Source: Blastocatellia bacterium (GTDB taxonomy: Bacteria; Acidobacteriota; Blastocatellia; UBA7656). Taken from it: a stretch of DNA of 64,000 nucleotides. Shown piece after piece: positions 41,943-52,493 of the stretch. Position 1 is the stretch's first letter. Every line of letters starts with the position of its first letter. The notes below the pieces were generated by a model. It had not been told where the DNA came from and searched no databases. It saw only the letters and a program-made list of their open reading frames with translations. Location of the stretch: the NCBI GenBank assembly GCA_963765495.1, contig CAVXWP010000009.1, positions 800,001-864,000 on the forward strand. Direction: 5' to 3'. A program made the translations under genes and the position numbers.

Positions 41943-42713
41943 GTGGAGGAAAGGAGAAAAAGATTGAAGACCGTTGCCCAAAGATCGAGAAAACGACTGA
42001 CGGTGATGGTTCTTTCCTGTCTGTTTGTTATCTTTGCGTCGGTCTTCTTGATGAATCTCGAATCGCCGGGCAGCACCGATACGGGCGAGCCGACGCCTAT
42101 CTACAAACCTGTTCTCGCCCCGTCTCCTCCAGAAAGCGCGCCTCATCCGAGCCGGGCCGACAATATGCAATCTGAGCAGAAGCCCAGAGAGCCTCAACCT
42201 GCCACGGGGTCCGAGGTCGGTGTGCAACCTTTGTCTGCGGCGGCGAGCAGTGTCGGCAATGCTGATCTCACTTACCTTGGCACAAGGAATCTGCTCATAC
42301 CCGTTCAGGGCGTAGCCGCAAATCAGCTACACGACTCTTTTTACGAAGGGCGCTCGGAAGGAAGAACGCACGAAGCGCTCGACATCATGGCCCCCAAAGA
42401 CACGCCCGTTCTCGCAACGACTGACGGGGTTATAAGAAAACTGCACGAGAGCGTGAGGGGCGGCATTATGATTTACGAGATGGACCCTTCGGGGCTTTAT
42501 GTATATTACTACGGCCACCTGTCGCGCTATGCAGACGGCCTGAGCGAAAACAAACAGGTAAAACGCGGAGAGATAATAGGCTACGTGGGCGACACCGGAA
42601 ATGCGGGTGCGGGAAACTATCACCTGCACTTTGGCATTTCGAAATGCAGCGCGCCGGGCAAGTGGTACGGTGGCGACCCGATCAATCCTTTTCCTTTGCT
42701 CGGTGGAAGGTGA
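41943..42713 (+). CDS. M23 family metallopeptidase
   Basis: Motifs HEALDI, YYGHL, IGYVGDTGNA..YHLHF; N-terminal TM helix. Confidence 0.9.
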   Translation: MEERRKRLKTVAQRSRKRLTVMVLSCLFVIFASVFLMNLESPGSTDTGEPTPIYKPVLAPSPPESAPHPSRADNMQSEQKPREPQPATGSEVGVQPLSAAASSVGNADLTYLGTRNLLIPVQGVAANQLHDSFYEGRSEGRTHEALDIMAPKDTPVLATTDGVIRKLHESVRGGIMIYEMDPSGLYVYYYGHLSRYADGLSENKQVKRGEIIGYVGDTGNAGAGNYHLHFGISKCSAPGKWYGGDPINPFPLLGGR

Positions 42714-42836
42714 TTCTTCCCACCCCCTCGGCCCGATTCAATACACCAACGTACTCAATAAGAACGACAGCGCAAACAACGGGGCCGACGCTTTCAAGAG
42801 CGCCGGCCCGATTAAAAATTGAGCTTTTATGGATTC

Positions 42837-43346
42837 TTACCAATCGTTGTTCTTGATGCGTTTTTTGATCTTGCGTTTGACCAGGTCTCGCTTCAACGGG
42901 CTTAAGTATTCAATGAACAGATCGCCATCCAGGTGATCCGTTTCGTGTGCCACACACCGCGCTTCAAGGTCCATCAGGTCGAGCGTGAAAGGGCTGCCGT
43001 TAAAATCCTGAGCGCGAACCACGAGGCGTTGGGGGCGTTTCACCTGAAAGAAGATACCCGGGAAACTCAGGCACCCTTCTTCGCCTACCTGCTCCCCTTC
43101 TTCGGTTTCGATCACAGGGTTTATCAACGCCAATTTCTGCGGTCTATTCTTGCCACTGCTGCAATCCATAACGAACAACCGCTTGAGCACGCCTACCTGA
43201 GGAGCCGCAAGCCCTACGCCCGGCGCTCCATACATAGTCTCAAACATATTGTCTATGAGCCGATGCAGGTCTTCATTAAATTCCGTAACCTCTTCAGCGC
43301 GTTTTGTGAGCACCGGGTCGCCGTATTTAACAATATCTAAAATCAT
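42837..43346 (-). CDS. def: Peptide deformylase
   Basis: Motifs [25 protein letters not shown]. Confidence 0.96.
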   Translation of the reverse strand: MILDIVKYGDPVLTKRAEEVTEFNEDLHRLIDNMFETMYGAPGVGLAAPQVGVLKRLFVMDCSSGKNRPQKLALINPVIETEEGEQVGEEGCLSFPGIFFQVKRPQRLVVRAQDFNGSPFTLDLMDLEARCVAHETDHLDGDLFIEYLSPLKRDLVKRKIKKRIKNNDW

Positions 43347-43684
43347 CTCTCTATTTCGAACTCCTTCTGTCTCTCTTCGAGCTGTCGCCGCTCGGCAAGT
43401 TTCTCGCTGAGCAGATGCTTGATAACAGCGGTTCTGGCCCTGAATCCGGTCACTTCTCGCCAGGCTACGAGGGCCAAACCTATCAATATTATAACAGCAC
43501 CTACAATGGTATGCGTAGCATGTCCTATGGCGAATCCAATGAAAATTATGGTCACAAGCAAAAGATAATAAAATATACCGTGGGTCCGCGTAGAGTTGAT
43601 AGACTGGCGAAGTTCATCCACCTCGTGGTCTATCTCTTCCAACCTTTTCGTCGGCCCATGCTGATCGCGGCTCGTGCTTATCAT
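43343..43684 (-). CDS. Hypothetical membrane protein (2 TM)
   Basis: Lies between aroC and def, overlapping the def start; two hydrophobic segments. Confidence 0.6.
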   Translation of the reverse strand: MISTSRDQHGPTKRLEEIDHEVDELRQSINSTRTHGIFYYLLLVTIIFIGFAIGHATHTIVGAVIILIGLALVAWREVTGFRARTAVIKHLLSEKLAERRQLEERQKEFEIER

Positions 43685-43706
43685 ATATTCACCCCTCGCA
43701 CAGGTC

Positions 43707-44882
43707 TCAGTATCGTTTGAGTTGTTCGAGATAGCTCTCGAAGTTTCGCTTCATCTCTCCTGTGCTGTCGCCGCCAAATTTCTCTCGCGCGGCATCGGCA
43801 AGCACAACAGCCACCATCGCCTCGCCGATCACGCCCGCCGCCGGAACCGCCACTATGTCGGAACGCTCAAAAGCCGCGACTGACTCTTGCTTGCTCACTA
43901 CGTCAACGCTTGAGAGCGGCTGTCTCAGAGTCGAGATAGGCTTCAGATGGCCGAGCACTCGCACCTCTTCGCCGTTCGTGATGCCGCCTTCGATACCGCC
44001 CGCGCGATTCGTGGGCCGCGTAAATGTGCGTTCCGTATGATTATACCCGATCTCGTCATGTATCTGCGAGCCTGTAGCCCGGCTGACCTCCACGCCCGCG
44101 CCTATCTCGACCGCCTTCACGGCAGGCACGCACATAATAGCCTGGGCCAGCCGCCCGTCAATCTTGCGGTTCCACTGCACGTGCGAGCCGAGTCCGGCAA
44201 CTACGCCACGCGCCACGACTTCGAATATCCCTCCGAGCGTATCCTTCGCTTCTTTGGTCGAATCAATCAAGGCGATCATCCGTTGCTCGACTTCTTTATC
44301 CACACAGCGCAGTTGAGCGTCATCCGCGATGGCTACGATCTGGTCCCAGTCAGCCGTTAATGGGATTTCGGGCACGCCGCCGATCATAGCCGTGTGGCTT
44401 GCTATCTCGATGCCGATCTCTTTGAGGAGCAGTTTAGCGAAGGCCCCTACGGCAACGCGAGCGGTTGTTTCCCTTGCGCTCGCTCGTTCGAGTATGTCGC
44501 GCAGGTCGTGCGTATCGTATTTGAGCCCGCCCGCAAGATCAGTGTGGCCGGGCCGGGGCCGCGTCACCCTGCGCGCTCGCTTCTCTTCGGCAAAATCTGT
44601 CGGAGTGACGGCCATCACATCCTGCCAGTTCTGAAAATCCCTGTTGTGAACCAGAAAAGAGACGGGTGAGCCGAGAGTGCGCCCGTGACGCACGCCCGAA
44701 AGGATTTCAACTTCATCGCTTTCGATCTTCATGCGCCCGCCGCGACCGTAGCCTTGCTGTCGCCGCCATAACTGATGGTTGATGAACTCTACATCAACCG
44801 CCAGCCCTGCGGGCAGCCCTTCTATTATGGCTACAAGCCCTTTGCCGTGTGATTCTCCCGCTGTGATGAAGTTGAATTCCAT
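43707..44882 (-). CDS. aroC: Chorismate synthase
   Basis: Motifs [53 protein letters not shown]. Confidence 0.97.
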   Translation of the reverse strand: MEFNFITAGESHGKGLVAIIEGLPAGLAVDVEFINHQLWRRQQGYGRGGRMKIESDEVEILSGVRHGRTLGSPVSFLVHNRDFQNWQDVMAVTPTDFAEEKRARRVTRPRPGHTDLAGGLKYDTHDLRDILERASARETTARVAVGAFAKLLLKEIGIEIASHTAMIGGVPEIPLTADWDQIVAIADDAQLRCVDKEVEQRMIALIDSTKEAKDTLGGIFEVVARGVVAGLGSHVQWNRKIDGRLAQAIMCVPAVKAVEIGAGVEVSRATGSQIHDEIGYNHTERTFTRPTNRAGGIEGGITNGEEVRVLGHLKPISTLRQPLSSVDVVSKQESVAAFERSDIVAVPAAGVIGEAMVAVVLADAAREKFGGDSTGEMKRNFESYLEQLKRY

Positions 44883-45025
44883 AACTCCTGTTCCCAACCA
44901 TTCATATCAAATGCGGGGATTCTATCAATCGAGCCGCTCGCATCACAAGGAGCGCATAAGTGGCGCACCGAATCAGAACCGCCGGATATTGATTACAAGT
45001 AAATTTGAACGGACCGTAAAGCCTA

Positions 45026-45068
45026 ATAGTCCGGGACGGACGCGGATTCGACGGATTAGCGCGGCTCA
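45026..45068. repeat. CGCGGAT-type REP-like repeat
   Basis: The reverse complement closely matches 60250-60296; a related palindrome lies at 52278-52370. Confidence 0.55.
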
Positions 45069-45105
45069 GATCATATTCCGCCGGGTCCTGATCGAGTAGT
45101 GATTT

Positions 45106-47091
45106 TCATGACATTTCGATCTCGCGGTTTCGCAGGTACTTGAGCTTGTCACGCAATTCGGCGGCGCGCTCAAACTCCAGACGTCCGGCGGCGGCGCGCA
45201 TCTCGTGTTCCAGGCGCTCGATAGTCTCGCCGAGTTTGTCGGGCGAATATTCTTCGATCTCATCGAGATTTAATGGCACTTTGAAATAGTCGGCTTCGAC
45301 TATGGAAACGAGCGTAGAATCGATCGCCTTCACGATTGATTGAGGCGTGATGCCGTTTTCGCGGTTGTAAATCGCCTGCTTCTCGCGGCGGCGCTGAGTC
45401 TCGCCAATTGCGCGCCGCATGGAATCGGTTACGCGATCCGCGTAGAGTATGGCTTTGCCGTTTATGTTGCGAGCGGCGCGGCCTATCGTCTGAATGAGCG
45501 ACATCTCCGAGCGCAGGAACCCTTCTTTGTCGGCGTCAAGTATCGCGACAAGCGAGACCTCGGGCAAATCCAAACCCTCGCGCAGAAGGTTTATCCCTAC
45601 CAGCACATCGAAATCGCCCGCGCGCAAATCTCGCAGTATCCTTATGCGATCAAGTGTAACGATCTCCGAATGCAGATAGCGCACGCGCACGCCCAGTTCG
45701 GCGTAGTATTCGGTGAGGTTTTCGGCCATCTTCTTGGTAAGCGTTGTGACGAGCACGCGCTCGTTTCTCGACACCCGTTCGCGTATCTCGTTCAGCAAAT
45801 CGTCTATCTGCCCTCGCACGGGACGCACGTCTATCTCAGGGTCTATCAACCCCGTAGGCCGTATAACCTGCTCGACCACCTCGCCGCCCGTTCGGGTCAT
45901 CTCGTAAGGGCCGGGCGTGGCGGAAACAAAGATTACCTGATCGATTCTGCGCTCCCACTCTTCAAAGTTGAGCGGGCGGTTGTCCATGGCCGAAGGCAGG
46001 CGAAACCCGTACTCTACAAGCGTTCGTTTGCGCGACTGATCGCCCGCGTACATGCCCCGGACCTGAGGAACCGTCTGGTGGCTTTCATCCACAAGCACGA
46101 TAGCATCGCGCGGCAGGTAATCGAGCAAGGTCGGCGGCGGCTCGCCCGGCTGTCGCCCCGTCAGGTGGCGTGAATAGTTCTCGATTCCGTGACAATAGCC
46201 AAGTTCCTTGAGCATCTCAAGGTCATAAAGCGTTCGCTGATGAAGGCGCTGGGCTTCCAGTACGCTGCCTCGCTCGATCAACTGCGGCTCCCACTCTTCC
46301 AGTTCCTGCTTTATGGTCTTTATCGCCCGTCTGATAGTGTCCTGCGACATTACGTAGTGAGTCTTCGGATAGATCGGCAACCTGTCGTGACGCTCTATCA
46401 CCTCGCCCAGCAGCGGGTCTATCGTGGAAATCGAATCGATTTCATCGCCCCAGAATTCTATGCGTATCGCCTTGTCCTGATAGACCGGATAGATCTCGAC
46501 CACGTCGCCGCGCGCGCGGAAACTGCCGCGCTCAAACGCCACATCGTTGCGCTGGTATTGAATCTCCACGAGCCTTTTCAATAGCGCCGTGCGTGACAAC
46601 TGCTGGCCTCGCTCTACGAAAACCACCATGCCGTAATAGGCATCCGGGTCCCCCAGACCGTATATGCAAGAGACGCTGGCTACGATCACGCAGTCACGCC
46701 GTTCAAACAGGCTCCGCGTGGCCGACAGCCTCAGCCGGTCGATCTCTTCATTGATCGTAGCCTCTTTCTCGATGAATGTGTCGGTAGAGGGAATGTAAGC
46801 TTCGGGCTGATAGTAGTCATAATAACTAACAAAATACTCTATGGCGTTATGAGGAAAAAAAGATTTGAACTCCTGATAAAGCTGCGCGGCAAGTGTCTTG
46901 TTATGAGCCATGACAAGCACAGGCCGGTTGATATGCTCGATGACGGCGGCAAGCGAAAACGTCTTTCCGCTCCCGGTCACGCCGAGCAGCACCTGATGCT
47001 CGGCCCCTTCCCGGATGCCGCGTACGAGTTGCTCTATTGCCTGGGGCTGATCTCCCTGGGGCACATAATCCGATACGAGTTTGAAATCCAT
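45106..47091 (-). CDS. uvrB: Excinuclease ABC subunit B
   Basis: Motifs [45 protein letters not shown]-terminal UVR domain. Start at ATG 47091. Confidence 0.97.
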   Translation of the reverse strand: MDFKLVSDYVPQGDQPQAIEQLVRGIREGAEHQVLLGVTGSGKTFSLAAVIEHINRPVLVMAHNKTLAAQLYQEFKSFFPHNAIEYFVSYYDYYQPEAYIPSTDTFIEKEATINEEIDRLRLSATRSLFERRDCVIVASVSCIYGLGDPDAYYGMVVFVERGQQLSRTALLKRLVEIQYQRNDVAFERGSFRARGDVVEIYPVYQDKAIRIEFWGDEIDSISTIDPLLGEVIERHDRLPIYPKTHYVMSQDTIRRAIKTIKQELEEWEPQLIERGSVLEAQRLHQRTLYDLEMLKELGYCHGIENYSRHLTGRQPGEPPPTLLDYLPRDAIVLVDESHQTVPQVRGMYAGDQSRKRTLVEYGFRLPSAMDNRPLNFEEWERRIDQVIFVSATPGPYEMTRTGGEVVEQVIRPTGLIDPEIDVRPVRGQIDDLLNEIRERVSRNERVLVTTLTKKMAENLTEYYAELGVRVRYLHSEIVTLDRIRILRDLRAGDFDVLVGINLLREGLDLPEVSLVAILDADKEGFLRSEMSLIQTIGRAARNINGKAILYADRVTDSMRRAIGETQRRREKQAIYNRENGITPQSIVKAIDSTLVSIVEADYFKVPLNLDEIEEYSPDKLGETIERLEHEMRAAAGRLEFERAAELRDKLKYLRNREIEMS

Positions 47092-47270
47092 TGATCGCCT
47101 TTCTCTGTCTGTCTGTCGCGCCGCTTCAAATCTGAGCGCCAGCGACGACGCATACGGTAACACCCGTTTGAGAGATTATACAGGCAGTCGAAAAGGGCAA
47201 GCAATCGAGGTAAAACAGACCGCGATGAGAAAAAAAATTGCCTGAATATAGATGGTTCGGCGATGTTCTC

Positions 47271-47299
47271 TTGACATTAAAACTCACGATGTCGATAAT
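47271..47299 (+). promoter_or_regulatory. Sigma-70 promoter of purC
   Basis: TTGACA-N17-GATAAT. Confidence 0.55.
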
Positions 47300-47384
47300 G
47301 CGACTTGCCATCACAAAACCAAAAAAATCGATAGCATATATCCTCGCAAATTGACAGTTTTACTCTGATAGAAAGGACAAAACA

Positions 47385-48272
47385 ATTAGTAAAGTAATCA
47401 CTCAAACCGACATCCCCGGCGTAGAGCTTTTCCGGCGCGGCAAGGTGCGTGATGTTTATGCCGTTGAAGACAAGCTGCTCATTATTGCGACCGACCGCAT
47501 CTCGGCCTTCGACGTAGTGCTTCCGAGTGCCATCCCGCGCAAAGGCGAAGTGTTAACAAAGCTTTCGCTCTTCTGGTTCGATTTCTTCAAAGACAGGGTA
47601 GCCAATCACCTGATCACGACCGATGTTGATTCGTATCCGTCTCCGCTTGCCGATTACCGCGATCAGATCGAATCTCGCTCGATGCTTGTCACGCGCGCTG
47701 ATGTGTTCCCTATAGAATGCGTGGCGCGTGGCTATTTGAGCGGGTCGGGCTGGAAGGAGTATCAAAAGACGGGCGAGGTCTGCGGCATAAAATTGCCCTC
47801 CGGGCTCACCGAATCCGACAAGCTCTCCGAGCCTATTTTCACCCCGGCTACTAAGGAAGAGACCGGACACGATATAAACATCAGCGAGCGCGAGATGGCA
47901 AACCGCATTGGCGAAGAAGCGACCCGAAAGCTCAAAGAGTTGACGCTTACCATCTACTCCGAAGCCGCCCGATATGCCTTGAGCCGGGATATAATCATCG
48001 CCGATACCAAGTTTGAGTTCGGCGAAAAAGACGGGAAAATTCTTCTGGTAGACGAAGTGCTGACTCCGGATTCATCGCGATTCTGGCCAAACGAAACATA
48101 CGCGCCGGGTCGCGCCCAGCAATCTTTTGATAAGCAGTACGTGCGCGATTATCTGGAGACTCTCGATTGGAACAAACAACCTCCGGGGCCAAACCTCCCC
48201 GATACGGTGGCAGAGAAGACCAGCGAAAAATACCTTGAGGCATACAGCCTGCTGACGGGCCGGGAAATTTGA
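47385..48272 (+). CDS. purC: SAICAR synthase; probable ATT start
   Basis: Motifs RGKVRDVY, TDRISAFD, KGEVL, ECVARGYLSGSGW, ADTKFEFG, DEVLTPDSSRFW, DKQYVRD. Confidence 0.95.
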   Translation: MSKVITQTDIPGVELFRRGKVRDVYAVEDKLLIIATDRISAFDVVLPSAIPRKGEVLTKLSLFWFDFFKDRVANHLITTDVDSYPSPLADYRDQIESRSMLVTRADVFPIECVARGYLSGSGWKEYQKTGEVCGIKLPSGLTESDKLSEPIFTPATKEETGHDINISEREMANRIGEEATRKLKELTLTIYSEAARYALSRDIIIADTKFEFGEKDGKILLVDEVLTPDSSRFWPNETYAPGRAQQSFDKQYVRDYLETLDWNKQPPGPNLPDTVAEKTSEKYLEAYSLLTGREI

Positions 48273-48363
48273 GAGATATTAGGTTTTGGATTTTGGATTG
48301 GCCGGACACAATCGGGCCCGGTTTTTCAAGTCCAAAATCCAAAACCTAATGTCGGGAACGGTA

Positions 48364-48888
48364 ATGACGGTTCTCGATTACTTCGTTCTGATTGTCGTCC
48401 TGGCATCTGTAGTCTCAGGAGTCACAAAAGGTATTCTCAAAGGCATTATTTCGATAATCTCTGCGCTGGCCGGGCTGGTTGCAGCCGCCTATCTGTATAC
48501 GTATGCGGCAACCCTGTTTAGCCGTTTTACCGAGACGGCGCGGGCGGCAAATCTTCTGGGGTTTGTGGCAATCTTTTTGCTTGTGCTCATTGCCGGGAGC
48601 CTTTTAGCAAGACGGCTGCGCGGCTTGCTAAAGCGTGCCAGGCTCAATTGGATAGATCGCGCTCTGGGAGCCGTTTTCGGGCTCTTGAGGGGCTGGCTCA
48701 TCTGCTCGGCTATATACCTGGCGTTGACTGCTTTCCCGGTACGGCTCGACGCAGTCGAGCGAGCCATGTTTGCGCCCGCGCTCCTGGAAGGGACGCGAGT
48801 AATCGCCTATTTGACTTCACGCGAGTTGAGAGATCGGTTTCTGGATGGTTACAGGTCTGTACAGAATTTGTGGGAGCAAAAAACTTAG
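48364..48888 (+). CDS. cvpA: CvpA (colicin V production) family membrane protein
   Basis: MTVLDY..SGVTKG; LNWIDRALGAVFGLLRG; lies downstream of purC. Confidence 0.85.
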   Translation: MTVLDYFVLIVVLASVVSGVTKGILKGIISIISALAGLVAAAYLYTYAATLFSRFTETARAANLLGFVAIFLLVLIAGSLLARRLRGLLKRARLNWIDRALGAVFGLLRGWLICSAIYLALTAFPVRLDAVERAMFAPALLEGTRVIAYLTSRELRDRFLDGYRSVQNLWEQKT

Positions 48889-48927
48889 AAAACAAAAAAC
48901 TGTGCCCCCGCGATTACAGGAGATGCT

Positions 48928-49227
48928 ATGACGATGAAGGCCCGGTTAGAAACGCTTGTGACTGAGATGGTTGAGAGGGGAATTCTTTTTGAGGATGCGG
49001 TTGCGGAATTCGAAAAACATTTCATTCTTTCTGTGCTTGATCGGACTAATGGCAATATGTCAAAGGCCGCCGAAGAGCTTCGCATTCACCGCAACACATT
49101 ATCCAAGCGCATAGAAAAATATTATCAGAACGGTAATATGACGGACGGCCATCGCCGCCTGCCTCGCACGCGAAAAAAATCTCAAACCAGGCGAGTGGCA
49201 AGCGCCCCCACGCGTAAAAGAAGATGA
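48928..49227 (+). CDS. Fis-type HTH protein
   Basis: FEKHFILSVLDRTNGNMSKAAEELRIHRNTLSKRI. Confidence 0.85.
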   Translation: MTMKARLETLVTEMVERGILFEDAVAEFEKHFILSVLDRTNGNMSKAAEELRIHRNTLSKRIEKYYQNGNMTDGHRRLPRTRKKSQTRRVASAPTRKRR

Positions 49228-49319
49228 GAAACCGGCAGATAAGACGTGGCAAGCAGAAGCCGCTTAACCGGATCGCTCTTTCAAATGAGAACGACTTTTG
49301 ATGGCACCCCGGCCCGGCT

Positions 49320-50369
49320 TCACAGGATTAAGTTCAAATCGCCAAACTCGTGCCATAAATAACCTTCTCTTACCGCCTCTTCGTATGATTGCCTTATCTC
49401 TTCCGCAGGCAAAAACGCCGTCAATAGATCGAGGTGGCTGGCCTCGGGCTCGTGCAAACCTGTGAGCAGGCCATCCACACCCCTCAGAATGTGATCGGAT
49501 GTTATCCGTAGTCGCGTGTATCCGTGACCTGATTGCACGAATCCCTCTTTATCGGCGGTTGACTCTATGGCTCTCACAACCGTTGTGCCCACAGCGATGA
49601 CGCGCTTGCCCTCGGCGCGAGCGCGGTTTATCTTGTCGGCCGCCGTTTCGCTTATCATGTACTCCTCTTCCGAAGCCGGATGCTGCGCGTCAAGATCGTC
49701 ATCCATATAAGATGACAACCCCGTGTGCAACAATATGTAAGCCGTCTCGACGCCCCGGCGTTTCAGATCAAAAAGCAGTTTCCAGGTAAAAGCCCGCCCC
49801 GCCGACGGCATCTCGGCAGAACCCGGCTCCTGCGCGTATACGGTTTGATAATAATCCAGGTCCCACGGCGCCGATACGTATTCGTAGCGAACAGGCCGTC
49901 CGAGTCTGTAGATCGAATCTACAAGCTCGGTTCCGCTTTTTGAGAAGCGTAACCTCCAAAGTCTGGGAATGTTTTCGTCGCGGTCATAAACCGATCCCGC
50001 CAGCCCTTCGCCGAAGTCTATCTCCATTCCGCCCCTTAACCCGCACGAGAACGGGTCTCCGTCCTCACACAACAGCAGCGCAAGCCACGAATCATCAGGC
50101 AAATGCTCGGCCAGCCGGACCTCAATGCAAGGCCCGCCCAGCACGCGGCAACCCTTTAAGGAGGCGGGAAGCGTGCGGCTGGTGTTGAAAACCAGGAGAT
50201 CACCCGAGCCTATGAATTCCCCTAGATGATCGAAGCGAGTGTGAACAACTCGCCCCGTTTTGCGATCATTGACCATCAGCCGGACTCTATCGCGTGCAAT
50301 GCCTCGGCGCTCAGGCGGCTCTTTCGCCTGAAGCTCAAGTGGGAGTGTGAAATGAAATGGAGTAGCCAT
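49320..50369 (-). CDS. QueA-like protein (SAM:tRNA ribosyltransferase-isomerase family, divergent)
   Basis: FTLPLEL.A.EP, GDLLVFNTSRT, YQTVYA..GSAEMPSAG, AVGTTVVRAIE, GLHEPEASHL, YLWHEFGDLNLI. These differ from the canonical PTAGLHF / NFH / FSYGD motifs. Confidence 0.8.
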   Translation of the reverse strand: MATPFHFTLPLELQAKEPPERRGIARDRVRLMVNDRKTGRVVHTRFDHLGEFIGSGDLLVFNTSRTLPASLKGCRVLGGPCIEVRLAEHLPDDSWLALLLCEDGDPFSCGLRGGMEIDFGEGLAGSVYDRDENIPRLWRLRFSKSGTELVDSIYRLGRPVRYEYVSAPWDLDYYQTVYAQEPGSAEMPSAGRAFTWKLLFDLKRRGVETAYILLHTGLSSYMDDDLDAQHPASEEEYMISETAADKINRARAEGKRVIAVGTTVVRAIESTADKEGFVQSGHGYTRLRITSDHILRGVDGLLTGLHEPEASHLDLLTAFLPAEEIRQSYEEAVREGYLWHEFGDLNLIL

Positions 50370-50400
50370 ATTCGCTCCTGCATCAAATTAACCTGCGAAA

Positions 50401-51171
50401 TTAACCTGCATCGGCCGACAGCTTCTTATCCGAGCGCCCCCAGTCTTCCTCCTGCGCCTGGAATCTTTGCCCGTTCACTTCCCGGCTTTCATCCGAGGCC
50501 AGATAGATAAATACATCGGTCACATCGGCGGGATCGGCCCACTGAGTCGGGTCTTCCTCCGGTTCGGCGGCCCTATGCATATCAGTGTTCATCTCGCCGG
50601 GGTCCACCCAGTTGATGCGCACACCCGATTCGTCGAGTTCCGCAGCCCAGGTCTCGGTCATTCCCTCAATACCGAATTTAGATATACCGTAAGCGCCCCA
50701 TCCGGGATAACCTACACGCCCCGCGTCACTCGTCACGTTTATAATTGATCCGCCGTGTTCGAGCATGGCCGGCAACGCCTTTTTGATTATCAGGTACGGA
50801 GCGATCAGATTTACATCTATTACCCGGCGGAAGTCTTCGAGCGGATAATCGAGCAGATAAGGCATCGGTGTGGGGCCGAGGTCAGAGGCATTGTTTACGA
50901 GCACATCAAGGCGGCCTCCGAATTCGGCAAGCGTAGTCGCAACGACACGCTCGACATCTTCCTGACGGCTGAGATCCGCTTCTATCGCTACGACCTTCGC
51001 GTCGGGCGCAATCTGCTTGATTCTGTCCCGGACGCCTTTTAAGGCTTCAAGGTTACGCGCTGAGATGGATATGCCGCTTGCGCCCTGTCGGGCGAAATCA
51101 ATGGCGAGTTGCTCTCCCAGCCCCTTTGAAGCCCCCGTAATCATTATGTGTTTGCCCTTAACTCTATCCAT
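50401..51171 (-). CDS. Short-chain dehydrogenase/reductase
   Basis: Motifs TGASKGLG, NNAS, YGISK, DPGEMNTDM. Confidence 0.92.
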   Translation of the reverse strand: MDRVKGKHIMITGASKGLGEQLAIDFARQGASGISISARNLEALKGVRDRIKQIAPDAKVVAIEADLSRQEDVERVVATTLAEFGGRLDVLVNNASDLGPTPMPYLLDYPLEDFRRVIDVNLIAPYLIIKKALPAMLEHGGSIINVTSDAGRVGYPGWGAYGISKFGIEGMTETWAAELDESGVRINWVDPGEMNTDMHRAAEPEEDPTQWADPADVTDVFIYLASDESREVNGQRFQAQEEDWGRSDKKLSADAG

Positions 51172-51298
51172 AATTTCCTCCTGGCCTGACAGAGGGCCTT
51201 GGCCCTCTGTCAACTCTTCTCACGAAAATCCCGGCACGAACGCCCCCCGGCACAATCTAGCTTGCGCTTCATTGCCCCTCATTGCCCTTCATTGCCCT

Positions 51299-51628
51299 TT
51301 ACTGGATGTGTCTTTCGAGAACTTCCGAGAGCACATCCTTGCTGACTGCGCCGACTACGCGATCCTCTTCTTTGCCGCCCTTAAACAGTATCAGCGTAGG
51401 AATCCCTCGCACGCCGTAGCGCCCCGCCGTTTCATGATTTTCGTCCACGTTCAGCTTTACGACCTTCGCCTTGCCCTGATACTTCTCCGCAAGCGCTTCA
51501 ACGGTCGGAGCTATCATTCGACACGGTCCGCACCATGTCGCCCAGAAATCCACAAGTACCGGCTGCTCCGATTGAAGCACATCCGTTTCAAAACTGTTGT
51601 CGCTCGTGTCATTAACGTAATTGCTCAT
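51299..51628 (-). CDS. trxA: Thioredoxin
   Basis: VDFWATWCGPC; GIPTL. Confidence 0.95.
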   Translation of the reverse strand: MSNYVNDTSDNSFETDVLQSEQPVLVDFWATWCGPCRMIAPTVEALAEKYQGKAKVVKLNVDENHETAGRYGVRGIPTLILFKGGKEEDRVVGAVSKDVLSEVLERHIQ

Positions 51629-51651
51629 GCTTTGTCTCCTTACCAAATATT

Positions 51652-51670
51652 TGTAACTGCTTCTGCTACA
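51652..51670. promoter_or_regulatory. Putative Rrf2 operator upstream of trxA
   Basis: TGTAAC-N7-GCTACA. Confidence 0.6.
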
Positions 51671-51696
51671 GATCGGATCAAAAAAATTTCAGACCA

Positions 51697-52131
51697 TCAT
51701 TTCTTTGACTTCGACTGCTTCCTGACGGATTCGAGTATTTCCTCAACCGTAATCTCTGATAAAACCTGTTCCATAGCCGTTTCGACTCTGCTTAACACAT
51801 CACCGAGCACCGGCGCGATGTTTGCGCCTATGCGGCAGCCGGGGTCAGGCGGCTGCCGATGCAGAGAGAATATCTCTCCTCCTTCGACCGCCCTATACAC
51901 ATCGAGAAGGCTTATCTGGTTCGGAGCGCGGGTTAGCTTCGAGCCGCCGTATGCGCCCGTCTGCGATGTGATAAGCGAGGCTTTTGAAAGTGCCGACATA
52001 ATCCGTCTTATTACAACCGGATTCGTGTTAACGCTACAGGCCATGTCTTCCGACTTTAATTGCTCATCGTCGTAATAAGCCATCAGCGCCAACATATGTA
52101 CGGCCACCGCAAAACGACTGCTTCCTGACAT
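51697..52131 (-). CDS. Rrf2-family regulator (YwnA/HypR/SifR-like, lacks the three-Cys Fe-S motif)
   Basis: SSRFAVAVH, SVNTNPVVIRR, ISLLDVY, PDPGCRIG. Confidence 0.9.
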   Translation of the reverse strand: MSGSSRFAVAVHMLALMAYYDDEQLKSEDMACSVNTNPVVIRRIMSALSKASLITSQTGAYGGSKLTRAPNQISLLDVYRAVEGGEIFSLHRQPPDPGCRIGANIAPVLGDVLSRVETAMEQVLSEITVEEILESVRKQSKSKK

Positions 52132-52146
52132 ATCATCCCTCTTTAC

Positions 52147-52181
52147 TGTAACAAGTATAGTTACAAATCAAAATTTGTCAA
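52147..52181 (-). promoter_or_regulatory. Rrf2 promoter with overlapping operator
   Basis: Minus-strand TTGACA-N16-TATACT, overlapped by a perfect TGTAAC-N7-GTTACA at 52147-52165. Confidence 0.72.
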
Positions 52182-52493
52182 GGCCCAATTTTAGGCGATC
52201 CAATTTTTTGACTCTTCGAGCAATGGACAGAAAAAGAGTAATAAGGTTTATTTGAGCGAATGGAGGAGGGGAACAGGCCACGGATGCCGCGGATCAGGCG
52301 GATTTATGCGGGGCCGATCATATGATGACTAATCCGCGAAAACACGTCTGATCCGCGTTTATCCGTGGCCTATTTCTATTTTGCCTTTCAAAATTTTGGA
52401 AATCTGAATGAGTTTGCCCTACTGCTAACTGTTGCACCGAGTCCAGGTTGCCAGCTTGCGCTACCCGAGCGGCGCAAGATAAACTCTTGCCTT

